Positions 57,625 to 64,000 of a stretch of DNA of 64,000 bases are shown here, piece by piece. The position numbers and the translations under genes were made by a program. The DNA comes from Candidatus Dormiibacterota bacterium (GTDB taxonomy: Bacteria > Chloroflexota > Dormibacteria > Aeolococcales > Aeolococcaceae), in assembly GCA_963799005.1 (NCBI GenBank), contig CAWCVK010000001.1:988066-1052065 (forward strand), given 5' to 3'. Positions within the stretch are counted from its first letter, which is position 1; each line of letters opens with the position of its first letter. The notes beneath the pieces are model-generated. The model was not told the DNA's origin and searched no databases. It worked only from the letters and a program-made list of their open reading frames with translations.

Positions 57625-58449
57625 ATGGCGACGCGCTCCGCTCTCCGCGTCTCGCGTTTGGGACCTGCGCACGCAGGACAGCTCGGCGCGCTCATCGATC
57701 GCGAGCCGATCACCAACGTCTATCTGCGCAGCGAGCTTCGCCTGGGGTTCGAGGCCGGGGACTGGTGGGGCGCGTTCGAAGACGACGAGCTGACCTCGGT
57801 GGTGCTCGGCTGGTCGCTGGTGGTTCCCTACATTCCCGATCTCGAAGCGGCGGCGCCGCTTGCGCAAGCCCTCAGCGCCGGCGCGCAGCCGCGCATGGTC
57901 GTCGGCCACAGAGCGTCGGTGATGGCGCTGCACAACGCGTTTCGACCGCCTCGCCCGGCGCGCGAGGTGCGCGACCCGCAGCCGCTGATGGTGCTCGACC
58001 GCGGCGACCTTCGCGGCACACCGTCGGGTGATGTGCGCCTCTCGACACGGGCCGACCTCGAAGCGCTGATCGTCGCGGCAGCGCGGATGCACCGCGAAGA
58101 GATGGGCGTGGATCCCCTCGCGGTCGACGCACCGGCGTGGCGGATGCGCATGCTCAGCCTCATCGAGCGACGCTGGAGCTGGATCTGGATGCGCGACCGC
58201 GAGGTGTTGTTCAAGGCCGAGCTTTCGGCGTGGACCCCGGACGTCGTGCAGATCCAGGGCGTGTTCACCGCACCCAGGTACCGGGGTCAGGGGATCGCGC
58301 GCGCGGGGCTCGCCGCGGTCTGCGGCTTCGTCTTCAACGACGTGCCGCGCTGCAGCCTCTACGTCAACCAGTACAACGTGATCGCACAGCGCGTCTACGC
58401 GCGCCTCGGGTTCAAACCGGCGGACACATTCGCGACAGTGATGTACTAG
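57625..58449 (+). CDS. GNAT family N-acetyltransferase (with DUF4081-like N-terminal domain)
   Basis: C-terminal acetyl-CoA motif IQGVFTAPRYRGQGIARAGL and ..AQRVYARLGF. Confidence 0.75.
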   Translation: MATRSALRVSRLGPAHAGQLGALIDREPITNVYLRSELRLGFEAGDWWGAFEDDELTSVVLGWSLVVPYIPDLEAAAPLAQALSAGAQPRMVVGHRASVMALHNAFRPPRPAREVRDPQPLMVLDRGDLRGTPSGDVRLSTRADLEALIVAAARMHREEMGVDPLAVDAPAWRMRMLSLIERRWSWIWMRDREVLFKAELSAWTPDVVQIQGVFTAPRYRGQGIARAGLAAVCGFVFNDVPRCSLYVNQYNVIAQRVYARLGFKPADTFATVMY

Positions 58450-58460
58450 GTCGGACGACC

Positions 58461-58922
58461 ATGATCGAGACCCGCGCCGACGTCACCCTGCCCGTCCCGC
58501 CCGAAGAAGCCTTCGCGGTGGTGGCCGACATCGAGCACGCCGACTGGCTCCCGGCCATCCGGCGGCTGCGCCATATCAGCGGACCATCCGGCGGCGTGGG
58601 TGCGCGCTATGAGGTCGAGGCGGGGCTCGTCGGTCGCCATCTGCGCGGCGTGCTGGTGTGCACCGAGCTCACACCGCCGAAACGCATGGTCCTGACGCTC
58701 GAGGAGGGTTTGGATCTGACCGTCGAGGTCACCATTCGCAAGGTCGTGGGTGGATGCACCGTGGTGATGTCGGCTCGGTACTCGCTGAGCGGCCGTCCCT
58801 TCGCGGGTGCCGTGGAGCTCGCCTCGCAGGGGCCCGCGCGCCGCGAGACTGCCCGCGCCTGCGAGCAGCTCGCCGCGCGTTTCGGACGCAAGAGCGGCCC
58901 GGTGCAGCGTGCCGCAGGGTGA
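58461..58922 (+). CDS. SRPBCC (polyketide cyclase/dehydrase-like) ligand-binding protein
   Basis: ATG 58461. MIETRADVTLPVPPEEAFAVVADIEHADWLP.., a typical SRPBCC N-terminus. 153 aa. Confidence 0.65.
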   Translation: MIETRADVTLPVPPEEAFAVVADIEHADWLPAIRRLRHISGPSGGVGARYEVEAGLVGRHLRGVLVCTELTPPKRMVLTLEEGLDLTVEVTIRKVVGGCTVVMSARYSLSGRPFAGAVELASQGPARRETARACEQLAARFGRKSGPVQRAAG

Positions 58923-58926
58923 CCGG

Positions 58927-59502
58927 GTGCCCAGAAGTGAGCTGACCGACCGCGAGATCCTCGACGCCAAGGTGCGGTCGCTCCCGCCGTTGAGCGGGCC
59001 GGCCACCGCCGATCTGCTCGGCGAGGTGCGGATCCAGGGCAGGGGCGCGGCGCTCGACGTCCTGGTCGAGCATCAGATCGCCGCCATCCTCGAGCTCGCG
59101 GAGGCGCGGCGTGGCAAGGGCGTCGAGGTGGGCGACCTGACCCAGGAGGGGACGATCGCCGGCATGGTCGCGGTCATGGAGTACGCGGGACAGGGTGGCC
59201 CGGCCTCCGGCCTGGATCGGTTCGTCGGGCGGCTCGTGGCTGCGCACATGGACGACACCATCGAGCTCGCGGCCATCGAGCGAGCGAGCGACGAGGCGTT
59301 CGTGCGCGACACCGCGATCTACGAGGCCGCGGAGGTCCGGGCCCGTCATGAGTTCGGCCGCGAGCCGACCGTTCTCGAGCTCGCCGCTGAGCTGGGCTGG
59401 CCCGAGGAGCGCGTGGCGCTCGTCGGCGGGATGCTCAGCGAGGCGAGGGCGCGCTACGACAGCGAGATCGTCGAATACCTCGACGACATCGACGAGGAGT
59501 AG
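58927..59502 (+). CDS. Sigma-70-like protein lacking regions 3.2-4 and with a degenerate region 2.3/2.4
   Basis: GTG 58927 (alternative 58909) abuts the SRPBCC stop. DLTQEGTIAGMVAVMEY resembles region 2.2 DLIQEGNIGLMKAVEKF. FGREPTVLELAAELGWPEERV resembles region 3.0 GREPTPEELAERMxMPEDKV. Ends in the acidic tail EYLDDIDEE. Confidence 0.55.
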   Translation: MPRSELTDREILDAKVRSLPPLSGPATADLLGEVRIQGRGAALDVLVEHQIAAILELAEARRGKGVEVGDLTQEGTIAGMVAVMEYAGQGGPASGLDRFVGRLVAAHMDDTIELAAIERASDEAFVRDTAIYEAAEVRARHEFGREPTVLELAAELGWPEERVALVGGMLSEARARYDSEIVEYLDDIDEE

Positions 59503-59518
59503 GCGCAGCAACCCTGAC

Positions 59519-60742
59519 TCAACGGCGAAGGTCGTCGCCGCGCCAGTCGAGGTCGTGGAGACCGTCGCCGGTGCCACGCCGGATGGCATCGTGCCCGAAG
59601 CGCTCGCGCAGGCGGTCGAGCGTGTGGTCGATCCGATCGTTGGCGGGTCGGTCGAAGAGATCGAGCTGCGGTGCGTCGGCGAGCCCGCTCACGCCCACAC
59701 CGAGCAGGCGGATCGCCTCACCCGACCACGCGGTGTCGAGCAGCGCCAGCGCGGCGTCGCGGACCGTGGTGTCCGTCGCCGTGGAGGAAGCCAGCGTCTC
59801 CTGGCGGGTGATCGTGGTGAAGTCCGAGTAGCGGAGTTTCAAGGTGACCGTGCGCGCCGTCCATCCGCCGGTGCGAAGACGGGCGCCGACGTCGCTCGCG
59901 AGCTCGCCGATGCGCGCGTGCAGAGCCTCGCGCTGGGCGACGTCACGCGCGAAGGTCTCCTCTCGCGAGACCGATCGCGGGGCTCCGGGCACGGTCACCG
60001 CCGCGGTGTCGATGCCCTGTGCGCGCTCCCACAACGACGTTCCGGCGGCGTGCCCGACCCGCCGCTGCACGGTGTCGAGGGGGAGAGCTGCAAGCTGACC
60101 GAGCGTCGATATTCCCAAGCCGCTCAACGCCCGCTCGGTCGCCGGTCCGAGCCCGGGCAGCCGGCGCAGCGGGAGCGGGGCGAGAAACGCGGCCTCGTCC
60201 CCGGGCCGCACGACCACGAAACCGCGCGGCTTGCGCAGGTCGGAGGCGACCTTTGCCACCGTCTTGCAGGTTGCGACCCCGAATGAGGCGTGGAGCCCTG
60301 CGCTGGCGAGGATCCGTGCGCGAATCTCCCCGGCGATGTGTGGCGCGGTCCCGAACCGCCGGGTGGAGCCGGTGGTGTCGAGAAACGCCTCGTCGAGCGA
60401 GAGTTGCTCGATCACCGGCGTGTAGTCGCGAGCGATGTCGAACACGGTCCTGGACGCGTCGCGGTAGGCGCGGAAGTCGACCGGCACCACGACTGCCTGC
60501 GGACACATCCGCAGCGCCGTGCGCAGCGGCATGGCGGAGTGGACTCCGAAGGCGCGCGCCTCGTACGACGCGGCGCTGACCACCCCGCGGTTCAGCTGCG
60601 CGGTGCCGTCACCGGATGGGGCGCCGCCGACGATGACCGGGAGTCCGCGCAGCTCCGGCCGGCGCAACTGCTCGACGGATGCATAGAACGCGTCGAGGTC
60701 GAGGTGGATGATCGCGCGGTGCGTCACGCCCGCGTCCGACAC
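59519..60742 (-). CDS. dinB: DNA polymerase IV (Y-family)
   Basis: 407 aa. IIHLDLDAFYASVEQ, SLDEAFLD and little-finger-like C-terminus. Confidence 0.9.
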   Translation of the reverse strand: MSDAGVTHRAIIHLDLDAFYASVEQLRRPELRGLPVIVGGAPSGDGTAQLNRGVVSAASYEARAFGVHSAMPLRTALRMCPQAVVVPVDFRAYRDASRTVFDIARDYTPVIEQLSLDEAFLDTTGSTRRFGTAPHIAGEIRARILASAGLHASFGVATCKTVAKVASDLRKPRGFVVVRPGDEAAFLAPLPLRRLPGLGPATERALSGLGISTLGQLAALPLDTVQRRVGHAAGTSLWERAQGIDTAAVTVPGAPRSVSREETFARDVAQREALHARIGELASDVGARLRTGGWTARTVTLKLRYSDFTTITRQETLASSTATDTTVRDAALALLDTAWSGEAIRLLGVGVSGLADAPQLDLFDRPANDRIDHTLDRLRERFGHDAIRRGTGDGLHDLDWRGDDLRR

Positions 60743-60751
60743 GGTGCCGCC

Positions 60752-61003
60752 TCAGCTACCGGTGTGCTGCCTCCACTCATCGATGTCCGCCTCACGCACG
60801 TAGCCTGCGCGAATCATCAGCTCCATGTACGGAACGGCCAGGTGGGGTGCGGCGCGACGCAGCACCCATGGCGGCGGATTGTCCTTGTTCTTGTTGACGC
60901 TCTGATAGAAATAGATCTGATTCAGATCGCACAGAAGGGCGAGACGGTGCAGGGAAATCCCCCTCTCCGCGCACCGTTCTTTGATGTACTCCTTGAACTC
61001 CAC
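60752..61003 (-). CDS. Small XRE-type helix-turn-helix protein, low-GC
   Basis: 83 aa, GTG start. FKEYIKERCAERGISLHRLALLCDLNQIYFYQSVNKNKDNPPPWVLRRAAPHLAVPYMELM fits the Xre HTH_3 pattern. Hand count over 60881-61020 gives 69 G+C in 140 nt (49%). Confidence 0.6.
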   Translation of the reverse strand: MEFKEYIKERCAERGISLHRLALLCDLNQIYFYQSVNKNKDNPPPWVLRRAAPHLAVPYMELMIRAGYVREADIDEWRQHTGS

Positions 61004-61005
61004 GC

Positions 61006-61767
61006 CTATTCCAAGTATATGCCCATGTTCCGCAGCGCACCGGGCAGTTCCCGAAGTGCGGCAATCACGGCATCAGCCTCGCTGGCGGCGACGTCGCCGC
61101 ACCTGTGCAGGAGCACGGCGCGCATGCCCGATCCGTGCGCGCCCACGACGTCGGCGGCCTCACTGTCTCCCACCATGACAGTCCGACCGGCAACGGTCCC
61201 GAGCGCCTGCATCGCCGCCTCGAAGATTCGTGGGGACGGTTTGCGCCACCCCACCTCCGCCGAGAACGTCGCCGAGTCGAGGTGGCTGTCGAGCCCGAGA
61301 AAGGCAAGCTGCGCGTGCAGCGATCGGACGCGATACGGCGCGTTCGAGCACAGCCCGACGCGGACGCCCCGACCCCGGAGGGACTCAAGGAGAGGGATCG
61401 CCTCGGGGTCCACATGCGCGCCCCGCCACCACGCCTCCTGTTCGATGCGCAGCACCTCGTCGAGCAGGGCATCGTCCAGGCCGATGCCGGCGTCGCCGTA
61501 GGCTCGGAGCGAGGCAGCCACAAGGTCCATCTCCTCGAGGTTGCCGCTGCGCTGGTGCTCGGCGACCTCGCGGTCGACGCGATCGAACACCGCGCGAACG
61601 GCCGCGACCGTCACGTTCGCCCGGCCGGACGCGGTGAGAACGGCAAGGATCCGGTGCTCGGCCTCGGCGAGCGCCGCATCCGGCCGGGAGAATTCGACGA
61701 TGGTCTCGCCGTAGTCGAAGAGGACGCCGCCGATTCGACGTCGATGCGCACCCGTGGCGCCGGTCAC
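61006..61767 (-). CDS. HAD-superfamily hydrolase
   Basis: GTG 61767 overlaps the upstream stop (GTGA). Motif I-like VLFDYGETIV, CSNAP, and motif IV VMVGDSEAADVVGAHGSGM. Confidence 0.7.
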   Translation of the reverse strand: MTGATGAHRRRIGGVLFDYGETIVEFSRPDAALAEAEHRILAVLTASGRANVTVAAVRAVFDRVDREVAEHQRSGNLEEMDLVAASLRAYGDAGIGLDDALLDEVLRIEQEAWWRGAHVDPEAIPLLESLRGRGVRVGLCSNAPYRVRSLHAQLAFLGLDSHLDSATFSAEVGWRKPSPRIFEAAMQALGTVAGRTVMVGDSEAADVVGAHGSGMRAVLLHRCGDVAASEADAVIAALRELPGALRNMGIYLE

Positions 61768-62159
61768 GCGGGCGCGCCACCCCCACCGCGACCGCCTCTG
61801 CCACCGCGACGCTTGCGGCCGCCCTGCCAGCGCCGCTTCGGGCGTTTGCCGGGGTTCCGCGGCGCGGGTGACAGCTTCTCGAGGTAGGCCTCCCCTGGAT
61901 GCGGCCCGCTGGGATGCCCCGCGCGAGCGCCCGGCGCCGAGGCGACGCGCGCCTCGTATTCGGCGAGGACGGCCTCGAGCGGCCGCTTGTCGCTCGCCGG
62001 GGGAGCGGCCGTCTCCGCCCACGGCTGAGCCTTGGGGCTCGCCTCGACGGCCATCATGTCGGCGCCCGGGATCTCCGGCACCGCGTCGAGGACGGATTCG
62101 ATCGCCCGCGCGATGAGACGGTCCGCCTCGATGGGGTCGCGCAGAGGTCGATCAGCCAT
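61764..62159 (-). CDS. Hypothetical protein with Arg/Gly-rich basic C-terminal tail
   Basis: ATG 62159 overlaps the Nudix gene end by 8 nt. 131 aa ending PRNPGKRPKRRWQGGRKRRGGRGGRGGGGAPA. No family recognised. Confidence 0.5.
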   Translation of the reverse strand: MADRPLRDPIEADRLIARAIESVLDAVPEIPGADMMAVEASPKAQPWAETAAPPASDKRPLEAVLAEYEARVASAPGARAGHPSGPHPGEAYLEKLSPAPRNPGKRPKRRWQGGRKRRGGRGGRGGGGAPA

Positions 62160-62715
62160 CGCCGGCGGTGCTCCACCCGGCCAGCCCGAGGCCGCCGATC
62201 GTCTTGACGTCAACCTCACCGTCGCGGACCAGCGCGGAGATCTCGTGGCGGGAGAAGCGCTGGACGTCCATTCGCTCGTCGGCGTCACGATCGGTCGGCC
62301 CCTCGGTGAGGCCGGTGGCCAGGAAGAAGTGCATCACCTCGGTCGAGTACCCCGGGGTCAGCGGCGCCACGGCCAGCGGCCTGATGTGCTCGGCGCTGAA
62401 TCCGGTCTCCTCGGCGAGCTCGCGTTCCGCCGTTCGCGCCGGCGTTTCATCGCGGTCGCGCGTGCCGGCCGGCAGCTCCCAGAGCGTCCGGCCGACGGCG
62501 TGGCGCCACTGCCGCACCAGGACCACGCGGTCGTCGTCGTCGACTGCGACGATCGCGACCGCGCCCGGGTGAGCGACGACCTCGCGCTGCGCGCGGGTCC
62601 CGTCGGCGAGGCGTACCTCGTCTTCGTAGAGGGTCAGCAGGTGCCCGCTGTGGATGACGCGCCGCGATATCCGGGTCTCACGGAGATGCTCCGTCGCCCC
62701 AGGATCTGTGATCAC
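62152..62715 (-). CDS. NUDIX hydrolase, ADP-ribose pyrophosphatase-like
   Basis: Nudix box ELPAGTRDRDETPARTAERELAEETGF, preceded by GAVAIVAVDDDDRVVLVRQWRH. Confidence 0.8.
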   Translation of the reverse strand: MITDPGATEHLRETRISRRVIHSGHLLTLYEDEVRLADGTRAQREVVAHPGAVAIVAVDDDDRVVLVRQWRHAVGRTLWELPAGTRDRDETPARTAERELAEETGFSAEHIRPLAVAPLTPGYSTEVMHFFLATGLTEGPTDRDADERMDVQRFSRHEISALVRDGEVDVKTIGGLGLAGWSTAGDG

Positions 62716-62744
62716 CCGCTGAGTTTGACGCCCCTAGGCGGGAT

Positions 62745-63323
62745 TCAGGCGCAGGACCACTCGTGAGACTGGCCGTGGGCGAACATCTTCGCGGCGATGT
62801 TTGCCTGGACCGCCGGGTTCCAGATCGTCGCCGCCGTCCCGCCGTTGGCGATGAACGTCGACATCAGGAACTGGAAGACGCCGATGTACGGGCCGCTCGG
62901 ATTGACCGAGTTCCAGTGGAAGTGCGATTCGCAGTTGGCGGTCTTGAGCATCCAGGAGACGCTCACCCCCCAGTGGGTGGCGGCGGCGGTGATGTCGGCG
63001 ACCACCTGAGCCTGGCTGACCGAGAGGCCGGCCGGAATCACGAAACCCGGACGGGCGCGGACGCGGATGCGGTGGTGCACCACCAGGACCGGCTTGGTCG
63101 CCGGCGGCGCGACCCGGATGAGCATCGTCCACCGAACCCGAAGCATCATCGGACGCACGGTCACGTTGGTGAAGCGGTCGAACTCTCCGACTGACGAGCG
63201 AACCAACGGGGCCGACGCGGTCGCCCCAAGGGTGGGCGTGGTGATGAGCACCGCGGTCGCCGGTCCAGCCACCAGCATGAGGCAGCCGAGAACGAGTCCA
63301 CGTGCCCGCTTGGGTATATGCAA
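62745..63323 (-). CDS. Secreted protein with C-terminal lysozyme-like transglycosylase domain (Rpf/SLT-like)
   Basis: TTG start with AGGAG 9 nt upstream. Signal-like LVLGCLMLVAGPATAV. C-terminus ..ANCESHFHWNSVNPSGPYIGVFQF.. carries the catalytic-Glu CES context. Confidence 0.55.
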   Translation of the reverse strand: MHIPKRARGLVLGCLMLVAGPATAVLITTPTLGATASAPLVRSSVGEFDRFTNVTVRPMMLRVRWTMLIRVAPPATKPVLVVHHRIRVRARPGFVIPAGLSVSQAQVVADITAAATHWGVSVSWMLKTANCESHFHWNSVNPSGPYIGVFQFLMSTFIANGGTAATIWNPAVQANIAAKMFAHGQSHEWSCA

Positions 63324-63509
63324 GGCGGATCACTCCTGTCTGGTCTGGCGCCGGTCATCTCTCCCCTGACCGGGCTTGTCGTCGGCTCGGCCCCCTGATG
63401 CCCCTCTGGAGACTCTCGTCTCGACGACACCGAGGCGACCCGAACCTCGGGGGACCCTACCACAACGGGTACTTGTGGCGGCAACTCTCCCAAACGGAGC
63501 GTTCGCGTC
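63324..63509 (-). ncRNA. Structured 186-nt 5' leader; candidate cis-regulatory RNA (possibly ydaO/c-di-AMP class)
   Basis: Minus-strand RNA has hairpins CACAA..UUGUG followed by GGUAGGG, CCGAGG(9 nt)CCUCGG, GAGAC-GAGA-GUCUC (GNRA loop) and CCGGUCA(9 nt)UGACCGG. The segment CCGAGCCGACGACAAGCCCGGUCAGG loosely resembles the ydaO 3' core CCGAAUCCGACAGCUAACCUCGUAAGCG. Confidence 0.3.
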
Positions 63510-64000
63510 TTACCAGCCGGTGGCTGCACCGAGCGAGCAGGACGACGGCGCCGCGTTGAGCACCACCGGGATCTCGGCGGCCAGGCTGCCGCCCGCCTCC
63601 CAGACGAACTGCTCGGAACCTCCTCCCAGGATCACCCCGGCGCGGTTCTCGCAGACCGCGAATCCGACCACCGCCACGCCGGCGGATACGGCCGAGGACG
63701 GCGTGAGCATCGCCCTGACGTTGCCGTAGCCATGGCCCGAGCGGCACGGCTGGCACGCGTAGGCGGCGGAGGCGGTGGCAAAGACCGGCCCGATGCTGGT
63801 CGGCCACGACCCCACGGTCACGGTCGCCCGCACGCTCGTGGCGCCGCTGCAGGCGTCGGTGCAGTCGGCCGTCACCGCAAGCGTCTCCCCCGGCCCCAGG
63901 TTGACCGCCACGGAGTTGAGTGACCCGAGCGTCCGGCCGGCGCGACGGGTCACGAAGTGGACGACGACCGAAGCGGCGCCGTGGAACCTGGCCTCGTTCT
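63510..64000 (-). CDS. 3' part of a probably secreted protein of unknown function (partial, continues beyond window end)
   Basis: The frame is open to position 64000. Thr/Ala/Gly/Val-rich with several Cys (..LAVTADCTDACSGATSVRATVTV..AYACQPCRSGHGYG..). TAA stop at 63510-63512. Confidence 0.4.
   Translation of the reverse strand, partial: NEARFHGAASVVVHFVTRRAGRTLGSLNSVAVNLGPGETLAVTADCTDACSGATSVRATVTVGSWPTSIGPVFATASAAYACQPCRSGHGYGNVRAMLTPSSAVSAGVAVVGFAVCENRAGVILGGGSEQFVWEAGGSLAAEIPVVLNAAPSSCSLGAATGW

Overview
Very GC-rich (roughly 70% by eye, not computed), gene-dense chromosomal segment. Several hallmarks point to Actinomycetota (inference): MshC-like and LmbE/PIG-L-type genes, a DUF222-HNH (REP13E12-type) gene, TAnnnT boxes 6-8 nt before start codons that suggest leaderless mRNAs, and many ATGA/GTGA overlapping gene junctions. 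I can support about 65 protein-coding genes, 2 tRNAs (Lys-CUU, Asp-GUC), one decayed IS481-family element, one 36-bp tandem repeat array and a few hairpins and promoter-like boxes. Gene content is mostly housekeeping or metabolic: hutHUI, purA, uppP, dinB, DAHP synthase, PPK2, a peptide-type ABC transporter, an OmpR/His-kinase pair, thiol-redox proteins, peptidases and a MarR-MFS pair. I saw no rRNA, CRISPR, intact prophage or transposon, or recognisable defence island. Many long ORFs in the supplied track are antisense shadow ORFs typical of high-GC DNA and were not called. Points worth a second look: (1) eleven reading-frame breaks in otherwise family-typical genes, five of them on the hexamer GAGTTC/GAACTC, where removing one T/A restores the protein regardless of coding strand. 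This is a DNA-level, motif-linked signal, most likely a technical indel artefact. (2) An orphan TadE/TadE/TadG pseudopilin trio behind a helical-repeat/Ig-like membrane protein, with no Tad machinery in the window. (3) A sigma70-like protein that stops where region 3.2 would begin and has a degenerate -10-recognition helix. (4) A roughly 49% GC XRE-type HTH gene wedged directly upstream of dinB inside a Nudix-HAD operon. (5) A 4x36-bp tandem repeat next to the DUF222-HNH gene. (6) An IS481 remnant beside a tRNA-Lys whose anticodon arm pairs best as 4 bp plus an 8-nt loop. (7) A 186-nt structured leader before a transglycosylase-like gene, possibly a ydaO/c-di-AMP-class riboswitch. All family assignments come from motif recognition by eye; no database search was run.
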